A stretch of DNA of 64,000 nt, taken from contig OZ024744.1 of assembly GCA_964016885.1 (NCBI GenBank), positions 53,940,001-54,004,000 of the forward strand. The letters are read 5' to 3'. Positions 23,907 to 36,200 of the stretch are shown piece by piece (within the stretch, counting starts at the first letter, position 1; each line of letters opens with the position of its first letter). This DNA is from Eledone cirrhosa (lineage: Eukaryota). Both the position numbers and the translations under genes were made by a program. The notes beneath the pieces were generated by a model. It searched no databases, was not told the DNA's origin, and worked only from the letters and a program-made list of their open reading frames with translations.

Positions 23907-26900
23907 GCTTTCTTTATTAACCACAAGGGTTTACATAAAGTAGACATTAAGGACAGTACAGGACAATACAGTAGGGTACAAGTGGGCATTTCTGCGTGTA
24001 AAAAACAAAAACAGAGGATGTAACAAAAAAATAACAATGAAAAATTCCCCAATAGGGGGGAGACTTCGGAGGGATATTTGTGGAGAAAGCCCAGTAAAAG
24101 GCCACAGAGACCCTGACCACCAGGGCAAGTGCCCTCTCCCAGTTTTCCACCTTTAATTTACAGACACATACTCAGAGTAGGCACATTCACTCGGGCTATC
24201 CTGCCTCTCTCACCCATCTTTCAACAAAATGCTGGGAAGAGAGCACTTCCCTCTCTACCCTGATTTTCATTTTCAAATGAAATTTGAAAATGTTAATCAG
24301 TGCATCACCGAAGAGATAAATGCTCGTCTTCAGCCCTTTCAAATTGTCCACCATACTATCTCTTTCGCCATGGCCACCAGACAGATAAAAACTACCTGCC
24401 CTTCCCGGCTAAAGGAAGGGGTGGGGCAATCCTCACGACGGACTCAGCTGATAGTCGGATCCGTCATACAAGCGACAGCAGGTGTTCGACATAAACCCAC
24501 AAGTCAGCAATGCTCGGACACTGGACGAGTACATGAAGGACGGTTTCGTCGCCCTGCGCGCATCTCGGACATGCCCGGCTGAGGGCACCCCATGCCTGGA
24601 GAGTTTATGCCGAACTAACACTGCTAGGCCAGAGATTTTTGGCAGTTGTCCATAGGCCCCGGCCCGAAAGTCCTTCCGAATAGATTGGCTAGTTGATTTT
24701 CGTCGACGCCTAGATTTTCCCCAAGTGCGTCGTCACTCTTCCCATCCACTAATCCTCTATAGAACGCCAAGGTGGAGTTTCCACCGATCACATTGCCCGA
24801 TTGGTTGAGGGCTGTGAGCGCCTGAAGACATTCCAGTCTCCAAGCGCTCCCTCTCGGTCTTCGCTTGACCCAGGAGTGCAGCTCCGTCAAGGAGACGAGC
24901 TGGGGAAAGACGCGTCTAGCAAACGGCGACCACACCTGATCACCGTCGAGGAAAACGTGGAGATGTCGTAGCCTGAGCGCGTGTCTGCGCATCATCAGCC
25001 ACGGCATACCCAGCCCTCCACGTAGCGGGCGTTGACAGCAGATGGACCGCCTGACCATCGGAGCGCGTCCCTTCCACAAAAAGCGAAAGAGCAAACGCTC
25101 CAGCGCAGTCAGGCGGGGCTTAGGACAAGGTACGACGGTCAGGCGGTAGTAGATTACAGACGCGATGTACGCGTTAGCCACCTCCGCTCGACCTTTCAGG
25201 GATAGCTTCCTCTCAGCCCATCTCTGGGTTAGAGAAGCCACCCTGCTCGTCACCCCGTCCCAGTTATGGTCCGTCTGGAGGTCCGGACCGAACCAGACCC
25301 CTAGCAATTTAACCGGTCCGTCCTTCCGACGACGCTGTTGGACGGTATGGACCTGCCTCTCCAGGTGCCGAGCTGCAGGCCCACTGACTTTTCCTGGTTG
25401 ATCATTGCTCCTGTCACCGCTTCATACTCTCTTAGTGTAGTGCCAATCGCCTCGATGTGTTTGGCGTTCGACACCACTACGGTGACATCGTCCGCAGATG
25501 CTGACACGGATTTTGCGCATCCTAGTTCGCACAGGACACGCCTCAACGTCTCCAGTTTGTGCAGTAATGACTCGAGTGTCAATAGGTACAAGAATGACGA
25601 GAGGGGACATCCTTGTAGGACCGAGCGCATGATGTTGAACGATTCCGAAAGGTGACCATTCACTCTCACCACAGAGCAGATGTCGCTGTGCATGGCAGCG
25701 ATCCAGCCTCTGAATACGGGCCCAAAGCCAGCCGCCCTCAGAACTGCTGCGAGGTAACGATGGTCGACCCTATCGAAAGCTTTCGACTGATCTAAATTGA
25801 TCAAGGACACATCCGTGCCAGGTTCCCTAGCTACCCTCTCTACGATGTATCACATGATGTGGAGGATGTCGTAGATGGTGATGGTCTTGGTGTTTGTGGT
25901 GATGGAGCTGCTGATACTGGTGTGTGGTGGCATAGCTGTCTTAACTTTATTTGTTTGCTTCCCCCTGCATTTTGTTTTTGGAGGGGGAAGGAAGCGGATT
26001 TTTTCTTTTTGGTGGTTCTTTTTTGTTCTTTTTTCGAGATACAGTTTCCCACTCCTCCTAGTCGTCACAGTCTGTCTCCAGTTGTGAGAGGTTGGGGAGT
26101 GGAAAATCCTCCACAGGCGTTGGTTTTGGTTGTGGCGAGGTGGATGATGGAGGCGCTGCTTCTAATTCTCGCGCGGTGGGTGGTGGTGGTGTTGGTTTTG
26201 CTACTGTTGCTGTTACAGTTGCTGGGCTTGTTACTGCTACAGTTGCTTCTGTTGTTGTTGTTACAGTTGTTGCTGTCATTTCTGCTGCTGGTTTTGATCG
26301 TTGAGTCACTGGGGTGGGTAGGAGAAGTGGCCTCAACTGTTAGCCTGAGGGCAGAAAGCCTTTAAGTGGGTTCCTTCGCCACAAACAACACACCTAGGCC
26401 TTCTACCCTCGACGATTACGGTGAAGTGGCTGCCGTCATTGAGGTCTATCACTTCTGAAATTTCCTCTATGTTTTTGTGTTCCGCTTGGATCAGGAGCTC
26501 CATCCCAGATCCCGACCAGTTCTCCCGCTTTTCTTTTGTTACCTCAATTATTTTAGTGTTGGCCTCGATGTCGGCGAGGACGGCAAAATTTAGTCAGGGA
26601 ATTTCGATGGCCGGCGGAACGTGGGTCACCCTGATCTTCACCAGTTTCTGACCACAATAGCTTGGGACGAGTGTGAACTCGTCACTTCTTAATGGGGCCA
26701 TGGAGTGCTCTGTGGCTTCCTGTGGTGTTCCAAAGAACACGTCCACGGTTCCATATTTCTACCCACGTCTGATGTGGGGGTTTTTCGCCCATACATGTCC
26801 CAAAGCTTTTTGTATCTGGGACTCGGATGCCCGTTCCACTCGGTGTGATTTTGTGATAATCGTCCGATATGACACGGTGCATAGGCGTCGATGCTCGATT

Positions 26901-27664
26901 TTATTAGATGGGGGGGGGGGGGCTAGACTGACCCTGTACCCATCTTTTTTTACCATTCGCTTGGCTTCATTCAATTCATCCTGGCTTACCTCGATTATTT
27001 CGCTTTTCTTGGCTGCTTTCGCAAACGACACATTTTGTTTTGCACTGGTGTTGATGTTGTTGTTGTTATTCTCATTGTTGTTGCTGTTGCTGTTGTTGTT
27101 ATTGTTATTTTTAGTTTCAGTTGTGGTGGGGGGGGGGTGTCAGTGGTGTTCGGCGTGGAAGAGTCGATTCTGGGTGAATCCATTTCGATGTCACGAGATA
27201 ATAATTTATTTTTTGTTTCTGTTGTCGCAGTGGTGGTGGTGGTGGTCGTCGTATTTTTTAACATTGTGAACGTGGGGATGGTAGTTGTTGGTAATGGCGG
27301 GAAATCCATGTCTGTATGCAGCAAATCTAAATAATTGAGACTGCTATTAATTATATTTTCAGTGTTGGCAACCGTGGCAAGGTTTACAATGGTGGTGGTG
27401 GTGGTGGTGGATGTTAGTCTGTTAGAAACAGGAGATTTGTCGTCCATGTTTTATTTTTTCAAAGAAATATTTTGTTTGATAAATAAAAAGTTTAAATTTT
27501 GGGCTCAAGGCCCCAATATTATTGAGTGTCCTTTTCAGAAAGCAATATATGTGAACTTCTAAATACATAACAACAAAAAGTTTCCATAACTGGCAATTTG
27601 AAACAACTGAAAACAACAAACCTTTGTGGAGCTTACGATAATACAATTTCCTACGTAGGTCGCC
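23907..27664 (-). mobile_element. Tx1-like copy E3, family A, with ~2.2-kb internal deletion (end of ORF1, APE and start of RT)
   Basis: Both termini match E1. RT sequence joins ORF1 sequence at ~25874. Confidence 0.88.
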
Positions 27665-27696
27665 AATAATAATAATTATAATAATAATAATAATAA

Positions 27697-27872
27697 TTGT
27701 TTCTACTTTTGGCACAAGGCCAGCAATTACCCAGTACATTACTGGTGCTTTATTTTATCGACCCCGTAAGGATGAAAGGCAAAGTTAACCTCCGCGGGAT
27801 TTGAACTCAGATCGTAAAGGGACGTAGCTACGCTGGAAAGCATGTATGACCCTCTACCAATGCTGCCAATTC
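27697..27872 (-). mobile_element. Near full-length tRNA-derived SINE with (ATT)n tail
   Basis: A-box-like TGGCAGCATTGG and B-box GAGTTCAAATCCC. Core GCCTTTCATCCTTACGGGGTCGATAAAATAAAGCACCAG resembles Meta/MESC-type SINE cores (from memory). Five related copies in the window. Confidence 0.82.
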
Positions 27873-28129
27873 TTCTTTATTGGCCACAGGGGCTAACATG
27901 AAGAAAAACATTACAGACGGCACAGAACGGTATAGGACGATAGAAAGTGGGTTCTGGTCGTAAAAAAAACGTTTATAATAAGATAGAAATATCAAAAAAA
28001 TTCAAGCAACAAAAATTCCTCAATAGGGGGGAAACTTCCGAGGGTCACACGTGGCGAAAACCACTCAAAAGAGCACGGCCACCCTGACCACCAGGGCAGA
28101 TGCCCTCTCTCAGATTTCCACTTCTCAGT

Positions 28130-31100
28130 CTACAGGCGCATACTCAGAGCGATCACGTTCACTCCGATCAGACTCGCCACATTCACCCACCTTTCAACAA
28201 ACTTACTAGAAGACAGACTTGTCTCTCCACCCCTTATTTTCCTCTTCAAGTGAATTTTGAAAAAGTTAATTAGGGATTCACCGAAGAGGAAAGTGTCTGT
28301 CTTTAACCCTTTCAACCTTGTCCACCACACAATATCTTTCGCCATGGCCACCAGTCAGATGAAAACTGCCTGCCCTTCCTCCTCCTTAAAGGAGGACGGC
28401 GGGGCTATCTGCACAATGCACTCAGTCGAAAACCAGATCTGTCCTACACGTGACAGCAAATTTTTAGACATAGCTCCACAGGTCAGCAATGCTCCGACAT
28501 TGAACGAGTGCGTGCACAATGGTTTCGTCGCTCTGTGCGCATCTGGGACAGGTTCAGCTGATGGCACTTCCGTGTCTGTAGAGCTTATCTCGACCTGGCA
28601 ACGCTCTCCGGTAGCACTCCCAGGCCAGAGATTTCTGGAAGTTGTTCATAGGACCCGGGCTGAAAGTTCTCTTGAAGAGAGCGAACAGCTGATCGTCTTC
28701 GACGCCCAGGGTCTCAGCGAGAAGGTCGTCACTCTTCCCCTTCATTAGTCCTCTATAGAACGCCGAGGTGGATGTTCTACCGATACTAGTGCCCAGCCGG
28801 TAGATGGTGGTTAGCGCTTGAGACATTCCAGCTTCCAAGCACTAACCCTCGCTCTTTTCCTGATCTAGGAGTACAGCTCCGTTAATGAGACCAGCTGGGG
28901 AAAAATACGTCTGGCAAACGGTGACCACACCTGTTCACCGTCAAGGAAGCAGCAGAGATGTCGCAGCCACAGCGCATGTTTGCGCATCATCAGCCACGGC
29001 ATGCCCTGTCCTCCACGCAACAGGTCTTGACAGCAGATAGATCGTCTGACTATGGGAGCAAGTCCCTTCCATAAAAAGCTGAAGAGGAGGCGCTCCATTT
29101 TTGTCAGAGTTGGACCGGAGCAAGTCACAACGGTTAGGCGGTAGCAGATGACGAATGCGATGAACGCATTCACCACCTCTGCCCGATCTTTCAGGGACAG
29201 CTTCCTCTCGGCCCATTTCTGGGAGAGAGAGGCCACCCTGTTCGTCACCTCGCTCCAGTTCTTCTCCATCTGGAGGTCCGGACCGAACCAGACCTCGAGC
29301 AATTTAACTGGTCCTTCCGTCCAGCGCCCCACGACGCTGTCGGGCGGCATGGACTTACCTCTACAGGTGCCGAGCTGCACGCCCACCGACTTGTCCTGGT
29401 TTAACTTTGCTCCTGTCACTGCTTCATATTCCTTGAAACTGTGCCGAGCATCTGGACATGTCCGGCGCTTGACACCACCACGTAAGCCGATACGGATCTC
29501 CCACATCCCAGTTCGCGTGGGACGTCTCTCATCGCCGCCAATTTGTGCAGTAACGGCTCTAGGGCCAATACGTACAATAGGGACGAGAGGGGAACAACTC
29601 TGACGGACCGAGCGCATGATGCTGAACGGCTGAGACAGGTGACCGTTCACCCTCACAACTGAACAGATGTCACTGTACATCGCAGTGATCCAACCCCAGA
29701 AAACGGGTCCGAAACCGGCTGCCTTGAGGACCGCCGCCAGGTCTACACTATCAAATGCCTTAGATTGATCTAAGTTGATGAGAGCCCCACCCATGCCAGG
29801 TTCCTTAACCACCCTCTCTATGATGTGTCGCATGAGGTGTAGGTTGTCGTGTATGAATCTGTCTGGAATGGCGCATATCTGCTACCAGATTACCGACGAC
29901 AAGCGCCAATCTCGTTGCTAACACCTTGGACAAAATCTTAAATCTGTGTTTAACAGAGTTATGGGCCTGAAGTTAATTATAACTTCCCCTTTGTTCGGGT
30001 TTTTTCTCAAAAGTGTTCACAAAAGTGGGAATACCCCCGTTCTGCTGCCAGTTGCAGTAGACGTCTGCCAAGAGGTCGCCGAACAAGTCTGGCATGTACG
30101 CATAAAGCTCGTAGGATAGACCATCCAAACCTTCTCGTATTTCACCTGCTGTTATCGACTTTTCGCAATACTGCACTGCGGTCGTAGAGAGCTGCGGCAG
30201 TCTCTCGAGTTATGCACTGAAGTTCATACTCCGATCCGGCCCGCCGCCGCTCCCAAACTGTTCAGCAAAGTGCTGCTGAAAAGCCTCACACATCTGCTCG
30301 GGTTCGAGTAACATGTGCCCGTTTTGGTCAGGCAAGGATTGAATTATGGACTTGTTGCCACGTCGCGCCTCCACCACCCGGGCCCATTGCACAGCTTTTG
30401 TCCCCCTCTCGTCTCAGAGCACGCGCTCTAGATCTGACAACGCAGCCTTGATCGTTGCATTGAAGAGTTGATCGTGCGCCAATCTTACCGCAAGCACGTC
30501 GGTTGCGATGCCTGTCCTAAACGCCTCTTCTAGCTTTCTAACTAGCTCTCCTTCTACTCTGGTTTCCTCTATCTTTACTCCTTTGCTAAACCTTATTGAT
30601 TCTACTCTAATTGCCCTCTTTAGGGTAAACCACCACCTGTTGTTGAGGATCACACCCGTCAACGCACGCTCAACTATTTCGCATATCCTATCTATGTAAG
30701 CTTTAGGTGCCGGGAAAGACGCGTTCAGCTTCCAGTAACCGGGTCCTTGCCTATGAAGTCTATCTAAGTCGACTTCACAGATCACAAATGTGTGGTCCGA
30801 GTAGCCGACTACTTTAAAGTGTGAACAACCTACGCTAGCCTTATCTGTTTCCCTACACAATACCCTATCTAGATACGATCTGGATAACCCGATGCGGATA
30901 ATCCAGTCGATACCTGTCAGACAGTTGAAAACGTCTGAGCAGGTTGGTGAGGCTCTTTCAGCCTCCTCCCGTATCCACTAGCCCCACATAATCCCAGCGT
31001 GCATCTAAGATACCGTTTCAATCACCCACTAACACTAAAGAGCGGGACGTTCCAAGAAAAGTCTCTAGACATCTGAAGAAATCTGGCCTCCCTGCTCCTG

Positions 31101-31443
31101 TTGGGGCGTAGACGGCTACTAGCCTGAAAACATTGCCTTCGCTGCTTGTAACGTCCAGTACTACCGTCTTACTTTCTGGGTCCAGGAAGATGGCCCGTAT
31201 GGCGAGATCCAAACATCTCCGAAAAAGCACAGCAACTCCGCTCCCCGCTCCTGGACGGCTGGCAGATGCGTATACAACGTAGCCGTCGAGGATCGGTGTG
31301 AAGTTTCGTGCTTCGGAAATTCTGGTCTCGCTGATGGCCACCTCATCAATGTTTAGTGACCTGAGATCGTTAAGCAGGTGGCCCTGCTTCCAAGATGACA
31401 CCAGGCCACGTACATTTATACTCCCTATTCTAAGTAAGGCTAT
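28130..31443 (-). pseudogene. E4 ORF2 (APE and RT), degenerate
   Basis: SINVRGL, AISET, VYAPTG, PGYWKLN, LDQSKAFD. Confidence 0.85.
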
Positions 31444-31475
31444 TTTGGGTAAGGAATGGTGTAAGTGAGAAAGGA

Positions 31476-32997
31476 TCACCTACCCTGATCGTGTGGGAAA
31501 GGGTCAGTTGAACCCTCCCTTTGGCTGGTCATAGGTGTCTCCAAGTAGATGTCGGTGTATATCCCTCTGGTAACTGACTCTCCGAAGTCTCCAACTGCGT
31601 TGGGGAATTTTTCTTTTAAAAGTTTATAATGTTCTATTTTAATTTCAATAATGTTTATATTTTGGGGGAGAGTTCTTGGTGTTGGTGGAGTGTAGTAATT
31701 TTTGTCCGTAATGTCTGTGTGCTGCTTTATATGTTGTAAGAGTTATTTATTTGCCATATTTATTGCTGTGTCATTTTTTTTCTGTGAGGGTGGGGGGTGG
31801 GGTGGGGTGTGTGCTGTTTTCTTGTTGCTAGTGTTGGGTATTTTTGTCTTGTTGTGTTTGCGATGTTGATGTCTGTGGTGATGCTGGTGGTGGTGGCGGT
31901 GTGGTGGTTGTTGATAGTGATGGTAGTGGCGTTGCTGCGAGTCGCCTTGCAGCCTTTACCGCCCTTTTTTTGCCTTCGCTTTGTTGGGTGAAGCTAAGAG
32001 GTTTTTTTTCTTTTTTCTATTTTGTGGCAGACCGTTTGCCACTTCACTCGCGCCTCAGTCACTGGGTCACTTTGACCCTCACAATTTTCTGCCCGCAGTA
32101 GGAGGGCACCAATACTATCTCCTCACTCTTTAGGGTTTCCAAAGAGTGAGACTTTACCTCTTGGGGTGTAGCAAAACGTACGTCTACTGTGGCATACTTT
32201 CTGCCTCTGGTGATGTGGGTTTTGTGCGCCCAGACGCACCCCAAAGTCTTTTGGATTTGAGCCTCCGTGGCTCTCTCCACCCGATGTGACATTTTGCTTA
32301 CGGTGCGGTAAGTCACCGTCCGTAGCTGCTGGTCCTTGAAAAAATCGGGTGGAGGTTTCAGGGAAACTCTATTGGCGCTTCTTGTCACCATGGCCCTTGC
32401 GACTGCCATCTCCTCCTCTGTGACTAACACTGTCTCGAAATTTCGGGCGACACCTGCAAAATAAGTGGCCCCTTTTTCAGCAGCACCACTATTGCTGCCG
32501 CTACTGCTGCTACTGGTCTTGCTGGTGGTGCTGAGATCGTTGTTACTGGTATTGATGTCATTGTTGTTGTTTTCTTTGATACTGTTGTTGCTGTTGTTGT
32601 TGTTGTTTTCGTTGATACTGTTGCTGTTGTTACTGTTATTGTGGCTGTTGTTATTATTGTTGTTTTTGTTGATACTGTTCCCACTATTATTGTTGTTGTG
32701 GCTGTTGTTATTGTAATTGTTATTGTCGTTCTGGACCTTACCGCTGTTGTTTTTGTTGTTGCTATTGTTAGTGATGCTGTTGTTGTTAGTGTTATTGTTG
32801 GTGTTGTTTGTGTTAGAAATATTTGGTAATTTTAAATCTGTAACGATATCATTGAAAATGATATTGTTCCTCTTTTCCTTCGTAATATTTTCTTTTATAT
32901 TTACCTTCGCTAGAACACTGTCTTGTTGATATGTTGACAAAGTCTCCCTCTCCCTGTGTTGTCTGACAGCGCTCTCTCTCTTTCTTGTGTTATCCAT
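31476..32997 (-). pseudogene. E4 ORF1 with internal deletion
   Basis: 312-aa ORF 32059-32997 is homologous to the E2 and E6 ORF1 core; knuckle region missing. Confidence 0.75.
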
Positions 32998-33220
32998 TTT
33001 GAAAGAATTTTTTTTTTAAATAATTTTTTACATAATACGACACTCCATAAAGGGGTGCCGTATTATTTACGAGTGAACCCATGTATAAGGTGGGTCACTT
33101 CTTCTAAACTTTTATCAAGTTTAAAACTTGAATTGGTTAAGAACAGTTGAAAACGAGGTATACTGTTGAAAAAAACTGGAGCCGATAAGAAGCGTGGCTT
33201 CACCTTCAATAATAATAATA

Positions 33221-36200
33221 GTTCCATTTATTGACCAAAAGGGCCAACATATAGGGTAAATACAAAAGACAGAGACAGTGGGTGTTTACTTATACAACGT
33301 GTAAACAATATAAATAAGAATAAAAAAATAACAATAAAAATATAAGGAAAATTCCCCAATAGGTTGGATGACCACCCAGGGTTAGCTCAGGTACCCCACC
33401 AATCCTGAACGACCCGACGCTTCGAGAGTACCCGGGAAGGTCACCCCTCTCCTCCTCATATCACCAACCTACAGGCGCATGATCAGAGTAGGCCCACTCA
33501 CATGGGCCATTCTCGCCACATTCGCCCACCTTTCAGCAAATGTACTGCGGGGCAGCACTTCGCTCTCCACCCTCACCTTCCTTTCCAAGTGAAACTTGAA
33601 AAAGTTGATGAGGGATTGGCCGAAGAGAAAAGAGTCTGTCTTCAGTCCTTTCAACCTGGTCCACCATACAACCTCTTTCGCTACTGCCACTAGACAGAGG
33701 AAAATTACCTGCCCTTCCTGGCTAAAAGAAGGCGGCGGGTCGATCTTCGCTATGGACTCGGCCGATAACCGGATCCGTTCTACACACGCGACAACAGCTG
33801 TTCAACATAACTCCACAAGTCAGTAATTTCCAGACACTGGACAAGAGCGTGCAGAGTGGTATCGTCGCTCTGTGCGCATCTCGGGAGGTCCATCTGACAG
33901 CACTTCCGTGCCTGTAGAGTTTATCCCGAACTGGCAGTGTCCCCCGGTAGCACTGCCAAACGAGGGATTTTTGGAAATTATCCATCGTCCCCGGCTAGAA
34001 AGTCCTCCGGAACAGACTAGTTAGTTCTAATTCGTCGATGCCCAGAGCCTCTCCGAGTGCGTCGTCGCAATTGCCCACCACTAATCCTCTATAGAACTCG
34101 AGAGTGGAAGTTCCACTGACCGCATTACCCGCCTGGTAGAGAGCAGTGAGTGTCTGGCAACATTCCAGATGCCCGTCACCCAGTCTAGGTCTCTTCTTGA
34201 CCCAGGACTGCAGCTCAGTCAAAGAGACGAGCTGCGGAAAGGCCCGTCTTAAAAAAGGCGACCACACCTGTTCACCGTTTAGGCAGAATATCTAGAGATG
34301 CCGCAGCCTCAGTGCATGTCTGCACATCATTAGCCACGGCATGCCCACCCCTCTACGTAGAGGGTGCTGGCAGCAGATGGACCGCCTCACATACGGAACC
34401 TGTCCTCTCCACAAGAATTTGAAGAGGAACTGTTCCAAGTTGGCGACGCGTGAACGGGGCAACAGACGACTTTCAGTGATAGCTTCCTCGCAGCCCATTT
34501 CTGGGTGATACTGGCTGCCCTGCACGTCACCTCGTCACAATTCTCATCCACATGAAGGTCTGGCCCGAACCAAGCAACTTTTCCGGTCCGCCCGTCCAGC
34601 GCCCAACGACGTTGTTGGACGGCATGGACTTGCCTCTCCAGGTGCCGAGTTGCAAGCCCACCGACTTTACGGGTTAAGTTTTGCTCCCGTCAACCTTTCA
34701 TATTCCTCCACTAAGTTGCCGACCACTTCGATTTCCGAGGTGTCCGACACGATCACGGTGATGTCGTCCGCATAAGCCGACACAGCCTTTTCGCGTCCTG
34801 GTTCGAGCGGGATGCCCTGCAACAGCTCCAGCTTCCGCAGTAAAGGCTCGAGAGTCAATACGTACAGAAGGGAGGAGAGAGCGCACTCTTGACGGACCTA
34901 TCGGAAGATCTGAAACGGTTCCGAGAAGTGGCCATTAATTTTGACCACAGAGCAGGTGGCGCTGTGCATCGTAACGATCCTGCTTCTGAAGACGGGGCCG
35001 AAGCCAACTGCCTTGAGGACAGCCTCCATGTACCGATGGTCGACCCTATCGAATGCTTTCGATTGATCTACATTGACCAGAGCCCCACCGAAGCCAGGTT
35101 TACACCCTACCCACTCTATGATGGTGGAGGTGTCGAGTATGTACCTGGTCCGAATTGCGCAAGTTTACGCCTCCCCAACCAAATCCTCGATGACAATTGC
35201 CAACCTCTTCGCTAACACCTTGTTGAGCAGAGTTATGGGCCTGAAATTGTCTAATGTGTCTTGTACTCGACTTTTCTTATCAGCGTCATTACGCCCCGGC
35301 ACACAGAACTTGGAAAACTCCCATTCTGCTGCCAGTTGCAGTAGAGCGCTTCGAGGAGATTGGAGAACAAGTCTGACATATTTACGTCAAGCTCGTAGGG
35401 CAGACCATCCAAACCGGGTGACTTGCGCCTCATGCAGCCGATAAGGCGTCCTGAATCTCGGCTGAAGTAATCGGCCTTTCGCAGCGCTCAGCGCCGGCCG
35501 TCGAGAGTTGCAGCCAACCATCGAGGTAGGGACTGAAGTCCGCCACAGTCTCTGACCCGCCACTTCCCCCGAACAACCGAGAAAAATGTTGGCGAAAGGC
35601 CTCACACATCTGCTTGGAATCGTTCATCTGGTGTCTGTCTCGGTCCGTCAAAGACTGAATCCTGGTTTCATTACCACGCTGCGCCTCTGCTAAGCGGGCC
35701 CATCGAACAGTTTTGGTTCCCTCGTTTCTCAGAACACACACCTTAGCTCTGACAACGCAACCTTCGTGTTTCTCATTGAAGAAATGATCTAATGCCATTC
35801 TCGCCGCTAGCACGTTAGTTGCAATTCCACTACAAATACCCTCGTCTAACTTATCTACTAGCTCCCCCTCGTTCCAATTTTTCTCTAACGCTAGTTCTTT
35901 GCTGAAATCTATCGAAATTACTCTAATCTCTCTTTTGAAAGCTCCCACCATCTATTTTTGACGACTCCCCCTGTCAACTTTTGCTTAACTAAATTGTTGA
36001 CCCGGTCCCTGTAAGCCTTACGAGCCGGAAACAACATGTTCAGCTTCCATTAACCAGGTCCTAAACTACGCGTCTTATCTAGGTCGACTATACAGATCTC
36101 AAACTTGTGATCTGAATAGGCGACCGTATGTAATTGTGGACACCCTATATTATCTTTATCCACTAATCTCATTAGAAACCTATCTAAGTACGATCTAGAT

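Larger units (their letters stand above)
27873..33207 (-). mobile_element. Tx1-like copy E4, family B, both ends present, ORF1 internally deleted (~32057)
   Basis: ORF2 remnants 28130-31443 and ORF1 31476-32997 (Asn-rich N-terminus); ends at (AAT)n 33208-33220. Confidence 0.87.

Noticed and set aside
27790-27872. tRNA gene
   Set aside because: Only A/B boxes with no convincing cloverleaf; it is the SINE head.
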